Below are positions 40,515 to 53,949 of a stretch of 64,000 bases of DNA, one piece after another. The DNA is from Octopus vulgaris (lineage: Eukaryota): positions 47,244,001 through 47,308,000 of the forward strand of contig OX597822.1 of assembly GCA_951406725.2 (NCBI GenBank), in the 5' to 3' direction. A program made the translations under genes and the position numbers. Within the stretch, counting starts at the first letter, position 1. Every line of letters starts with the position of its first letter. The notes beneath the pieces were generated by a model, which ran no database searches, was not told the origin of the DNA, and saw only the letters and a list, made by a program, of their open reading frames with translations.

Positions 40515-40945
40515 CACTATATATATACATAGAAATGTAATGGCTGAATATTGCAACAGTTTCAGCAGGTGGTTGTTAATGGCATTGATCTCACCAGTCT
40601 AAAACAGCCTGCAAAGGGCATTGCTTCCTCCAGACCAAACAAATAACTAAAATAGAAAATCCTGTATTAGCATAAACAATGTTGCTTCGGGCAAACACAG
40701 TCTACTTTACAGAGTGTACAGGGTGCACCAATGCTTTTCATGTTGCACCAGCACCAGTGCTTATTTCACTGTCTTTTACATGTGAAGTGAATATTGTGTA
40801 AAAGTAGTTGCATACAACCCCATAGCATTGTTGGCGTCTGTGTTGTAGTATATCTATGTTGTTGAGTTATGGATGGTCAGTTAGATTTGATTTTCTCTGG
40901 TGTTGCTACAAATGAAGACAATAGATTTGGTAGGTGCTATTTTAA

Positions 40946-41400
40946 TCCTTTAGCATTGAGAGCCGCCTGACTGGCTCCCATGCCGGTGGCACATAAAAAG
41001 CACCATTCAAGCATGGTTGATGCCAGTATCGCCTGCCTGGCCCTTGTGCTGGCAGCATGCATAAAGCACCTACTACACTCTCGGAGTGGTTGGCATTAGG
41101 AAGGGCATCCACCTGTAGGAGCCTTACCAGATCAGATTGGAGCCTGGTGCAGCCTTCTGGCTTGCCAGTCCTCACTCAAATCATCCAACCCATGTCAGTA
41201 TGGAAAGTGGACGTTAAACGAGGATGATGATGATTTATTCACATAGTTTTGAATTAATCATGCTTTATCTCATAGCTTTGAGATGTTGATGAAGTGATAA
41301 TGACATTGTAGGGTTAGTGTGAGAGGCTAGATCTGGGTGGTTTGGACATAAAACGGGTTTAATATTTGGGCCCGATATGGCTGGTTTAAATGCTAAAGGG
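40946..41400. mobile_element. piggyBac-like MITE with a nested family F element (~40960-41234)
   Basis: TTAA at 40942-40945, then TCCTTTAGCATT ... AATGCTAAAGGG (41389-41400); the right-hand TTAA is decayed. An inverted partial copy lies at ~54416-54523. Confidence 0.65.
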
Positions 41401-42243
41401 TGATGACTGTATTCTGTTTCTGATCATGATAATGATGCTGATGTCAAAGGGAATGATTAATTTTGCACTGCTATCCTTATAGCTATCCTTATTCCCTATT
41501 CTATGGATTGCCTAAAAGAAAACAAAACAAAACAAAAGAAAAAAACTGGGGGCACTGTCCCTTCCCTGTTACATTTCTTCCTTTGGTTAATGAAAGAAAA
41601 AAAAGAAGAAAAAATTACATGCTAATTGACTGTTCTCTTTTCTTCAAACACACACACACACACACACACACAAAAGCAAATGTGTTGTATGCATGCACTT
41701 AGACATCATAATCATCATTTCCTTCGACCCCCTCTCTCTCCACCACCCTGATACCCCCCTCTCCCCATCTGTTCCATTCACCTGGCAGGCTAACACAAAC
41801 TGTTGCAGCTACAGCACACTGTACAGTTGTCATGGTAACATATGTGAGTGGTCCAGCAGTCCACGTCTAATTAACTGTAGTAAAATAAAAAAAAATAAAA
41901 AAAGTAAACAAAAATGAAATGAAAGCAAAAATAAAAACTTGAAAAGCAAAGAGAATCAATCATCGGTTTGATGATGATGATGTTGGTTATAATTAATTTG
42001 ATGACATGGAGTTTTTTTTGTACATTGTGTGTGTGTGTGTGTGTTATGTTTGTGAGTGTGTGTGTATGTATATATATATATATATATATATGAATATATG
42101 AATATTGTTTTTCTCATCTACCTTATACCAGCTCAAATTAGCTAGTAGTAGTGGTGGTGGAGGTGGAGGTGGTGGCTGTGGTGGCAGCACCAGCAGCAGA
42201 TGATGCTGATGGTGGTGGTGGTGATATTTTGTGTGCACCTCAG

Positions 42244-42361
42244 TAGAATTGTTGCCTTCAACAAATGGACTGGTCAACCTAAGTAAAAACATAAATGCGA
42301 GGCAATGTAATGTGGTACAACTTTCGACAGCCTCCAAACAGCAGGTCCCCTCTATAAAGCG
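42244..42361 (+). CDS. Candidate upstream AP-4 exon (unverified)
   Basis: Strong donor AAGCG|gtgagt at 42362. Stop-free frame ELLPSTNGLVNLSKNINARQCNVVQLSTASKQQVPSIK(R) ends in phase 2 and joins 55851 in frame (CG+A = Arg). The acceptor (cacctcag) is weak, there is no in-frame ATG, and I recognise no homology. Confidence 0.3.
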
Positions 42362-42594
42362 GTGAGTGTTTCATTTTGTAATTAGTAGAGCTCTGGACGA
42401 AATACTTTGCTACATTTAGTTGTGTCTTCTTACATTCTCGGTTCAAACCCTGCCGAAGATGGAACCGAACTTTATGTTGTTTTTTGAAGGTTGATAAAAG
42501 TTACTTGTTATGTAAAGAGGTTGAGGCTTGCTTTCGTAGTCCTCAAATTTTTGTCCCTCCTCTCGAATTACTAATGGAACGACAAAACAAATTT

Positions 42595-43134
42595 ATCTTT
42601 TATTTGTTTCAGTCATTGGATTGTGGCCATGCTGGGGCACCGCTATGAAGGATTTCATCGGCCAGATGAGCCCCCAGTCCTTATTTGTTTAATACTTATT
42701 TTGTCTGTTTCATTTTACTGAATCACTACATTATGGGGACACAAACAAACCAACAACAGCTGTTAAGTGTTGGTGGAGGGACAAACACATACAGATGTGC
42801 ACATGCGTACACACACACACATGATGAGTTTCTTTCAGTTTCCCTTTGATTGGCCCAGTGATATAGTACATGACACTTGCCTAAGGTACCACACAGTAGG
42901 ACTGAACCTAGAACTATGTGATTTGAAACCAAACTTCATGCCACATAGTCCCCACCAGTGCCTATAGTTAGGGTCCATACAATTCTTCTGTTTGCATTTT
43001 GATTTTGGATGAGAATAAAAAGTTGAAAACAATCACAGTTTCGTTAAACATAAGTGCAGGAATGGCTGTGTGGTAAGAAGTTTGCTTCCCAACCATTTGG
43101 TTCCAGGTTCAATCCTACTCTGTGGCACCTATGT

Positions 43135-43170
<36 letters not shown>

Positions 43171-43350
43171 CCATGTGCCCGTATCCTGCTTGGCACATGA
43201 TGTTGGTTTATGTCTGTGTAACTTAGCATTTGGGCAAAAACCAGACTGACAAAACAAGTACCAAGGTCAAGTCATTTGACTGAAACTCGTCAAAGCAGTG
43301 CCCCAACATGGCCACAGTCCAGTGACTGAAAGAAATAAGTAATAAAAGAT
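42595..43350. mobile_element. Head-to-head pair of family A SINEs (42595-42965 -, 43055-43350 +)
   Basis: Heads are separated by about 90 bp and tails point outward. Confidence 0.8.
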
Positions 43351-43644
43351 TGCAATTTGCCCATACCTCGTCGACCTCCACCCCTCCCCGTCACTAATGA
43401 GAAACCCTGAACTACACAGCACTGCACTAAAAACTTCCTGGCTCAATGTCTTTGATAGAAATTATCCTGATTATTATTATTATTAGTAGTAGTAGTAATA
43501 TGATGAAATAAATAGTTGTGCAGGTGCAGGTATGGTTGTTGGAGTTAGGAAGGTCACTTTGCAACTCTGTGGTTTTGGGTTCAGTATGTAGACCAATCTC
43601 TTCTGAGTGATTTTGGTAGACAGAAACTGTGTGGAAGCCAATAG

Positions 43645-43692
<48 letters not shown>

Positions 43693-43719
43693 GTACACAC
43701 ACGCACACTCTGTACAGGG

Positions 43720-43935
43720 TATTGAAAGCACCAGCTCCTCTGTGCTGGATGTGCCACATGGTTCACAGACATCAGTTGCCAAGTGTTATCCAAGAGATCA
43801 GAACAGGACACTTGGAAGACGATTTCGTTAAGCAATTCGGGTCAAGATGGGAAGAATGCTGCAATCGAAACAGAATTGGAATTGCATTGTGGCCAATGGT
43901 ATATAACAGCATCTGATGGTCTTGTTCAGTACTGT
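43720..43935 (+). mobile_element. Decayed RTE-like LINE 3' end
   Basis: EDDFVKQFGSRW followed by a frameshifted W..IVA resembles the RTE motif RWxDDIxKxxGxxW. Confidence 0.4.
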
Positions 43936-44989
43936 GATGTATATATGCATGCACGCGCGCGCACGCACACACACTGGTCATAGGGATTTAGAAACTTACA
44001 ATGTCAACAATATACAATTCTCACTGGTAAGAAGTTTCTAAAATGTATAAAGAAATCCAAAGGATTGCTTTGATCCAATGTTTGCAGAAGACATGGGTTC
44101 AAGTCCTGTGGGCAGCTTTTGACTTCTCTATTCAAAGGTTTTTTTTTTAAAGCTATTATTTCCTAGCTTTGAGATTCACTGTTCCAAAACAAAGATATAC
44201 GTCCATACACACATGTCTGTGTTTGTCCCACCATTGTTTGGCTACATGAATACTGGGGTAGATTTGCTTAAAACCCTTAAATGACAGTGCCCCAGCATGG
44301 CTACAGTCCAGTGATTGAGGCAACTAAAAGATAACAGGACCATCTCCTCTCTGATGGTGTACAGGCAATACTTAGTTCCATGAATCCATTTGCCACTCCT
44401 ACCTGGACCCCCACTACAAACTACAGAAAACACAAAAACAGTGTTCTACACATAATAAGATGTGGCTTGACGTACAGAACAGTCTTGATCCAACTGAGCT
44501 ATAATCAAAATGTCATCCATTTGTGACCATCACATCTATTTTTCAGATATAGTCTATGAAGGATGTGTGATTTCAGGGGGATTTGGCTGCTATTTCTATT
44601 TCCAGCAACTGCATATAGGTTCCTTGTTAAGTGCGTGCTTATATATTTATCTCATTGGCCTGAGGTCCATACATTGGTAGAAGGCGGTCAAAAGACGTCT
44701 CAATAGTGAATTGTCCTGGGGTTTTATTTCAATTCAGAATCTGAGGGGAGATAACTAAGTGCAGCAAAGATTTAGTCTGGTGCTGTATGAGTGTATGTGT
44801 GTGTGTGTAGAAATATTTTACAGATTTATACACTCTTCTTTCTCCATCTGCCGCCTCTCTTTTTCTCCATTTGTCTCTATATCTTTCTCTCTCATATACA
44901 AGCTACCATCTGTTCACCCGACTCTGCTCAAGTACACACACATACACACACACACACACACATTAAGAAATTTTGGTGTGCGTACTGTA

Positions 44990-46070
44990 CTATAATCTGC
45001 TTCCCACCTTTCTTTCTCTTTTTCTCTCATACACACATGAACATGTATATATACATCCTACATACAAGCTGTTCCAACTCTTTCTTTGAGTTGCATCTAT
45101 CTCTATTTTTCGACCTTCCATTCACCTCCTCTCCCTCTCTTCCCCTGTTTTAGCTTACTTTCTTCTCTTCCACAAGAAGTACCTCATCCCCATCCCCTCC
45201 TGCTGCCTTCCTATGTTTTCTGTTTCTTTCTATCTTTCTTGAGTCTGGCTTAAGTCTACAAGTCTGTCTACCTATCCGATTCCTTACCTTTCTCTCTTTC
45301 CTTGCTTCTCACTTTCTCCTTCCTCTCTCTATTTCTTCACTTTTTCCATCTATATATAATGAATAGCCATTCCTCTAGTCATCTATTACTATCCATCCAT
45401 CCATCCATCCATCCATCCATCAATATGTCTATCTGTCCATCTACTTATTTATCCAGCCATGCAACCCTATTTTGTCTAAGTGTATCTTGTTTACATCCCT
45501 TCTGCCTCTCCATACCCTCCCCTATAGTCTCTTCCTGGCTCTCTCCTTTGTCCCCACCCCACCCTTTCAATGTTTAATCATACAAACATTCTTCTCCATC
45601 ATTCTTCAGATTCTGTTAGTTGCTTCATCTCAAGAACTCTCTCTCATTCTCGCTCATTCATCCACCCCTACCTCATTATCATTCCTCCATTCCTCTCCAC
45701 ATCAGCTGTCTCTCCTCTCTCTATATCCGTTTACTTTCACTTTCATTTCTCTTCACTCACCCTCCCCAATCACCCTTTACACCTCCTTCAACTGTCTCTC
45801 TCAATCCTCCGTCTCGTATGTTTACCATATCTCATCCCTCTCCTCATCAGATGTCAGTCACCCTTTCTCTCTACTCTCCATCTCTCCTTTACTCTTCATT
45901 TCAGATGTCTATCATTCTTCCTTACTCTCCTCACCAGCTGTCTGTCTTTCTCTCTCTCCTTTCTCTTCTGTCTGTCATTCTTCATTCCTCTTTTTTTAAC
46001 TCTCCCTTTTCATCTCATTGATATTCCTCCCCACTCTCCTTGCTGTTCATGTTCCATTCCACTCTCAGTT
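44990..46070 (+). repeat. ~1-kb pyrimidine-rich (C/T) low-complexity tract
   Basis: Strong C+T strand bias; source of the Ser/Leu/Phe/Pro-rich pseudo-ORFs. Confidence 0.9.
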
Positions 46071-46239
46071 CACATACATTCCAGCCACTTGAAGACATCA
46101 TACGCACATACACGCACAGTGTATACATTTACATATAGACACATGTATTATATCAACATATTTGTACAAATCACATACACACACACACACACGTACAGTA
46201 ATTCTGGCTTTCTAGGCATTTATCAAAAGTTGACATGGC

Positions 46240-47005
46240 ATTCATCATAATCAGCAGCAGCACCACCACCACTGTCGCCTCTACTGCCACCATCACCACC
46301 ACCTTTAACATCGTCACCCCACCATCACCACCAACACCAACATTACCAACCCTATTATCACTGGCAGCAACATTGCAACCACCATAACCACCACCACCAC
46401 CACCATTTTTATTACCATCGCCACCACCATCCTCACCACTGCTACCATCACTGCCGCCATCTTCATTACTGAAGTCAGCATCAACAACGTAATGGTTGTC
46501 GTCGGCAACATTATCATTTTCAACAGGATCCATTGCCAACATTATAATCCTCCTCTGTAGCAACAACAACTAGCTGCTGCAGCTGCTGCTGCACTACTAC
46601 TGCGGCTGTTATCATTATTGTCATCCTCACCATCACCACCACCACCAACAACAACAACAGCAACTCGCCCCCCACCCCATTCAGAGGGCGGGTGTTTGCC
46701 ATTATCTTCATCATCATCATCATTATGATCATTTCATCTGTCTGCTTCCATTATCAGACATCATTACCATTATCTTCACCACCACCTTCCCCATCATAAT
46801 CATCATCAGCAATACTATCGTCACAATAAGCAATACCATTGCCCACAACACCACCACGACCACCATCACCATCACCAACACCACCACGTCTGCTACAACC
46901 ATCACAAACATTATCAACATCACTACCAGTATCAGCACCATCACCATAAATGTCGTAATCAATTACCACCGCCACCGCCACCACCACCACCACCACCACC
47001 ACAAC

Positions 47006-47040
<35 letters not shown>

Positions 47041-49440
47041 CAGGTGTCATAATCAGCTGCCACCACTACCACCACCATCATCATCATCGTCATCATAACC
47101 ACCGACATCATTCAGTAATAATTCCTGCTAACAAACATTGATGGTGCTAACTTGAATCGCTCACAACCACTGCACACATGCATGCATGCATGCATGCACA
47201 AATGCGCACACACTCACGTTTTCTGCATTTGTATGTGCCATCATGTGTGGCAGTTGCTGCATTCTGCTGGCTGCTTGCCATGTACTAGTCTTAGCATGGG
47301 TGCCAGCAGTAGTAGTAGTAGTGCCATTGGTGTGATTGCAGTCTGGTAGTAGTAGTAGTAGTAGTTGTACTTGAAGTGTTGTTGTTGTTGGTGTGGCAGT
47401 AGTAGTGGTGGTGGTGGTGGTGGTTGTGATGGTGATAATCGCAGTGGTGGTGGTGGTGGTGGTGGTGGTGGTGGTGGTAGTAATAGTACATTTGGTGGTG
47501 GTCATGGTGTTAATAGTAGTAGTAGTGTGGTGTGGTTGTGCTCTAGTGCTGGCTGTGGTGGTGGTACCACTGGTGGTTGTTTCCTGGTTTTTGTTGCTGC
47601 TGCAGTGCAAATGGGTGGCATTAGTCATGTCATCAATTCTCTGGTTCTTAATAGTTGTTGTTGTTGTTGTTGTTCGGGAGGGGGGGTGATAGTGGTAGTA
47701 GTAAGAGGAGACGGTGAAAGCAAATGTCTATGCCTACAGTTCTGTTTATGGTGATAGTGTTTGTTATTTTAATAGAGGTGGTGGTGGTTGTGGTTGTGGT
47801 GGTGATAATTCCATAGCAGTGGAGTGCATAAATACTACTGATGATGGTGGTGGTGAAGTTGGTAGTGAGGGTGGTGGCGATGGTGGCCATCCCGAATTCT
47901 TGTTACTGTTGTAATAGTTAAATAATGGCAGAAGCAATTGCATTTTTTGATAGTTCTTACTGGTATTCTTGTATTGGTGGTATTGCACATGTAGTAGTGA
48001 TATCGGTGCTACATGTGGTGTTGGTGCTACATGTGGGTGTTGGTAAAGGTAGTGATTGCACTGGATTATATTGTAAATGGTATCTTACATGTAGTGGTAA
48101 GTAGTGTTGTGCTCACATGTGGTAGTATTATAGTTATAATGCAAATACTATCTGCAGCTGGCAGCGGTGTTAGACATGTGGTAGTAGCGCTAACATGTGG
48201 TAGTAATACTACTGTGAGTGGTCTTGTTTGTTTGCATGGTGTTGGTGGTAGTGGTGGTGTTGGTGGTATCATTAAAAGAGTGTTGCTGTTGTTGTAAGCA
48301 GCGGTGTCTGAGTCTGGCAGTGGTGGTGGTGGTGGTGATAGTGTTGGTGTCTGTCATGGTAGCAATACTTGTACAAAATCAATAACCGAGGCGGAAACGA
48401 GGACCTAGTGGAGGTGGTGGTGGCAGTGGATGTGTAGAAGGAGGAGGAGGAGGAGGAAGAGATTATTGATTTCACACTCACCCACCCCCTTCTCTTGTAC
48501 CTCTTCTTGCGTCGTCCTCACTCCTGCACCCTTCCCCATTGCGACCTTCTTGCATTCCACCTTCTCCATTCTCATTCACGGCTGATGATGGCAGCAGCCT
48601 CCTTTCACTTAATAATGGCCAGAAGCAGTGGTGGTGGGGGTTTGGGATGGACGGCTGTCTGTTACCTCTCGAGACCATGTCTGCAGCGCATAGCTCCGAC
48701 TGTTGGTGGGACAGTAACTCCAAGGGGTATGGGTCAGGTAAGAAACATTGCAATGCAGTGAGGTGGATTTAATTGGATGCCGATGTTGGTGCTGGTGGTG
48801 GTAATGGTGATGGTGGGTTACAGTGGTATTGATGGTGCTGATTCTGTTGGTGGTGGTGTAGTGACGGTGTTGGTGATGGCAGCAGTAATGGTGGTGGTGG
48901 TGCTGATGGTGGTTGTCATTGTTGTTTGTTAGAGAATTTATTGTTTAGCCCCAAGTCAATCCCTGATCAAGTAGGCCTCTAATCAAAGACATTCCAGACA
49001 TGACTGTCCTGTCTGTTCCCTGTTTGCAGGAAACCCACAACTACTTTATTCAATGTTTCCTTTTTCAAAGATGCTGGGGGTGTAATTCGAAGGGAAGGTG
49101 GAATTAGTTGCTATTTCTAGCTAGCCGAGTAGCCATGTGTAGCCTCCTTTGTCTCCAGAGAATTAGCAGTAGTCACCGGTGATGCTGCTACTGTTGTTGT
49201 TGTTGTTGATGATGATGAAGATGAAGATGAAGATGATGATGATGGTGATGGTGGTGGTGGTGGTGGTTATAGATGGCTTTGGTAGTTCTTTTGATAGTAT
49301 TTGTGGTCTGGTGGTTAATTTTGCAGATTGGCATAGTGATAATGATGGATGGTATGCTTGGGGTGGTTATATTTGATGGTTTCAATGGCCAGGGTGGGTA
49401 TGGTGGTGATGGCAACAGCTCAACATTGGCGGCAGTAGCG
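46240..49440. repeat. Degenerate trinucleotide field: (CAC/CAT/CAA)n then (GTG/GTA/GTT/GAT)n
   Basis: Strand polarity flips near 47180, at a short (ATGC)n run. Confidence 0.9.
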
Positions 49441-49789
49441 TAAAAGGATGGCGTTAGTCACACTGTAAACCCCCACCAACACCACACACATACATGCACA
49501 CTGCCGCCGCCACCATCCCTTAGAACCATCTATTTTCTTACATGCAGCAGTGGCAGATCGCGCATTCTTGCAGTACATGGACTTGTGTTGCTATTCTTTA
49601 CATGCATGTTTTGTGTGTGTGTGTGTGAGAATGTATTTCACAACATGCTGCTGTAAGCATGTTTTGAATATCAATAAATATGCAGGTATGTGTGTGTGTA
49701 TATGTGAGATTTTGTGTACATAGATTACATGTGTATGTCTGTTTGTGTATATATCTATGTACACACATATGTCATATCTGCACATTTAT

Positions 49790-49857
49790 GTATATATATT
49801 ATATATATATATGTATATGTATACACACACATATATATATATATATACATGTACATA

Positions 49858-49924
<67 letters not shown>

Positions 49925-49948
49925 TATATATACACATATACATACATC

Positions 49949-49981
<33 letters not shown>

Positions 49982-50076
49982 TATATATACATATACATAT
50001 ATTTATACATATATATACATACATCATCATTGCCAACGGACGTTAAACGATGATGATGATGATGTATGTATGTATA

Positions 50077-50132
<56 letters not shown>

Positions 50133-50666
50133 CTAGTTTCAGCTTAGAGCTGCGGCCATGCTGATGCACCGCCGTTAAATACATCATTATATATATATAT
50201 AATGATGTATGTATATGTATATATGTGTGTGTATGTGTTTATAATGTATATGCATATATGTATATATAAATATCATATATAATATATATGTGTGTGTGTG
50301 TGTGTATACACATACACACATTGTTGTATACACAATCCAGCACTTACCACAACAAAGGAGTTTTGAATTTGATGTCTGAGTGCTCAAATGAAATATATGC
50401 GTAAGTTTAAGGTCACATCGATAAGACATACATAGCCCCCACCCACTCTTATATATAAATGCATCCATGTGTGGACATGCTCTGTGAAAGCCTAGGCAGC
50501 TTCTTTGCACTATAGCATGCATTGTGTGTGTGTGTGTCTGTGTGTGCATATTGATGAATGTTGCATACAAATTGTTGAGCTGTGTGTATATGTATGTATT
50601 AAGTATGTATCTCTCTCTCTTTTCTCTTGCTCTTCCTCTCTCTCTCTCCACCTTTCTCTATATGTA

Positions 50667-50697
<31 letters not shown>

Positions 50698-50884
50698 GTA
50701 TGTATATACATATATGTATAATGTATATGTATGTGTATATATATATATATATGTATATATGATACATGGATATATATATATATATACACATATATGTATG
50801 TATATATGATATATACATAATGTATATGAATGTATGTATATACCTATATATATATGTATATATCTATATACATATGTATGTATG

Positions 50885-50915
<31 letters not shown>

Positions 50916-50958
50916 ATATGTATATATATATATGTATATATATGTATATATATGTGTG

Positions 50959-50995
<37 letters not shown>

Positions 50996-51003
50996 TGTGT
51001 ATG

Positions 51004-51047
<44 letters not shown>

Positions 51048-51061
51048 TGTGTATGTATGTA

Positions 51062-51094
<33 letters not shown>

Positions 51095-51149
51095 GCATGT
51101 GTATGTATGTATATATATATATATATATGCATGTGTATGTATGTATGTA

Positions 51150-51187
<38 letters not shown>

Positions 51188-51220
51188 TGTGTATGTATGT
51201 ATATATGTATATATATATAT
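49790..51220. repeat. Large (TA)n/(TG)n/(TATG)n field
   Basis: Directly visible. It includes about five higher-order (TA)n-CATGTGTATGTATG units at ~50990-51220. Confidence 0.97.
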
Positions 51221-51454
51221 ACAAAGATGAGCATTGTTAGCCAGTAATTGAATTTCATAAATCATTTCTGAGTGCGTGTCTGTATGTGGGTGTGTCTATG
51301 TGTTTGTGTATATAACAATGCACACAGTTTTTTCTGTTTGGATCTGTATGCATTTGTGTCTGTCTGTGTGTGTGTCTGCAATCGTCTCTGACAACCCTGT
51401 TTCCCTCCCCTTCCTCCAGTTCAAAAGAGGATGGAAATTGAAGCTGGTTTAGCT

Positions 51455-52345
51455 TTATCTTGTATCTTACGCTTGTTTTAGTCTCTAGACTGTGGCCATG
51501 CTGGGGTACCTTGCCTTGAAGAAATTTTTAGTCGAATGAATCAACCTGAGGACTTATTGATTCTGTTTTAAGCCTGGTTATTTCTTCCTTTAGTCTCTTT
51601 AGCCAAATTGCTTAGTTACAGGGACATAAACATACCAACACTAGTTGTGAATCAGAGGTGGGGGCCAAACACAGACACAAACACACACAACAACAACAAC
51701 AACAACAGTGGAGGCGCAATAGCCCAGTGGTTAGGACAGCGAACTTGCGGTCGTAAGAACGCGGTTTCAATTCCTAGATGGGGCATTGTGAGTGTTTATT
51801 GAGCAAAAAGACCTAAACTCCACTAGGCTCCAGCAGGGGTGGGACCCCGTTGTACTTGTTCCCACAACTTTCTCTCGCTCTTTCTTCCTACTTCTGCCAC
51901 AAAGCAGAGGAACCATGATGTAACCCACTATGGTGTGCTAAACTTTCAAACCCTAGTCTAGATTGCGAATCCTCTGTACCCCAGGATGGTTCAGCTCTCC
52001 ACCTGTTAAAAAAAGCCACCTTTTATGGATTGTGGATAACAACATAGCTTTCGCACCCATACAACCGCCAGTCTATTGCATGTGGTGGGTGGATCTTCAA
52101 GTTGCCACATGCATTCTTAGTAGCTTAGAGTAGACTCGAATTAGAGATTATTCTTTGTGGCTAATGGTGTGAGCCCTGATTGAAGAAGAAGAAGAAGAAG
52201 AAGACAACAACAACAACTTCCTTTCTGTTTCTGCCTACCAAGTTCACTGACTATGCTTTGGTTGGCCTAGGGCTATAGTACACAACACTTGCCCAAAGTG
52301 CTCTGCAGTGGAACTGAACCCCGAACCAAGTGGTTGGGAAGCAAG
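51455..52345 (-). mobile_element. Family A SINE interrupted by a ~500-bp chimeric SINE (51707-52204, +)
   Basis: Order: A 3' half, (CAA)n, family C head, unrelated body, (GAA)n tail, (CAA)n, A 5' half. Confidence 0.8.
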
Positions 52346-52499
52346 CTTCTCACCACACAGCCTTGTCTGCATTTATTTAGCTGATATTTCTGGCACATTC
52401 AACTGGCTTCGCATTTATACACATATACAAACCTCCTCCAATGCCTCCTCCTCCCATCTCAAAAGATTTAAAAAAATTTTTCTTTTATTTGTTGTCTTG

Positions 52500-52790
52500 T
52501 AATGTACTTGGTGACTCTGTCAGTGCAGGTGCCACTTAAAAAGCTTCCAGTCTGCACTGTAAAGTGGTTGGCATTTAGAAGGGCATCCAGCTGTAAAAAC
52601 CTTGCTAAAACTGACCTCACCTGTGCTTGTTCCATGGAAAAAGCACTAAAGTCCACTCTGCTAAGTGGTTGGAGTTTGGAAGGGCATCTAGCTGTAAAAA
52701 TTCTGCCAAAACAGTCACAAAAGTATGGTGCAGGCTTCTGCCTGGCTGCCACCTGTCAAACCGTCCCACCCATACCATGTATATCATCAT
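52500..52790 (+). mobile_element. Family F repeat with an internal duplication
   Basis: aagtggttgg...gaagggcatc(c/t)agctgtaaaaa occurs at ~52562 and ~52663. Confidence 0.7.
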
Positions 52791-53915
52791 CATACTAGTA
52801 GATGTGGTGGTGGTGAGAGCAGTATGGTGTTATATATTATGATGTGCACAGAACTTGGTGATGTAAAGCAGTTCATCATGAGCTAAACTATTCCGTTGCA
52901 AGTGAAAGCAGACCAAATACAGATAGTTTAGCTGGTATAGTCATTGTGGTTTCTCCAAGGCTTCTGCTTTTGAGTTCAAATCCTCTAGAAGAAGGTGACT
53001 TTTTTTAAAAAACATTTTGCTTTTCTTCATTCTTTGAATTTTACTGGAATCAATGAGTTTTAGTTGTTAATAATTTTGTAGACAACAGATTAATAAAAAC
53101 AAGGTTATTAAAAGCCTGTCACGCCGTTGGTTATTTCCAAAATTAAATTGTGAATATGATCATATGCAATTCAAGTGATGGTTTCTAACAAAAACAAGAT
53201 TATACAAAACCCCATTACTTTACTGGTAATTATTCTACTCTCCACCCCATTGAAACATGATGTGTCAAAGTTCATTTTGAAAGAATGGAAACTTAGAATG
53301 TAACTACCAGTAATAAGCAAATACCATTCCTGTTGGTGTCTCTCTCAGGAAAATGGATTCGAAACCCAGGGGTTAAGTGAGAAAAGTTTAAAAATTTTTC
53401 ATGCTTTTACATCTGCCCTCTATGCTGGATATTCCTAAGAGAGACAATGCATGGCCACTTTGTGAAGTTATCATGGAAAATAAATTAAAACAGGTTATGT
53501 ATTTTGGCTTTTGGAACAACACCATTCTAAGACAGCTTTCAAATGGACATTACTGGAGGGGAAAAGAAAGTGGGGAATATTGAAAACTTCATGGTGCCAA
53601 ATATTCATAACTGGGACGTTAAATGATGATAATAATATGAGAGATGCCAGTATCACATAGCTGGATGCTGAGAAAACTGCAACCAAGAGAATCCAGTAAC
53701 GGCAACTTGTTGCCTAATCTGTTCAAGAGCTCAGGAGGGAAATGAAAACTAAATAGGTTGGATGAGTTCTTGCTCTCTTAGATGGATGTGAGGACCACAA
53801 CCTGCTTGTAAGTGTTGTTTGTGGCTCCTGATTTCTACAACTGGATGCACTTCCTAACACTGATGACACCTTTGCAGTGCACTGGGTGTAATATTTTGTG
53901 ACACTAGGACTAGTG

Positions 53916-53949
<34 letters not shown>

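Noticed and set aside
48539-48737. Donor CAG|gtaaga at 48738 as the AP-4 upstream coding exon
   Set aside because: The phase-2 frame needed to join 55851 has a TAA a few codons upstream and no ATG; the open frames are phase 0 and phase 1.
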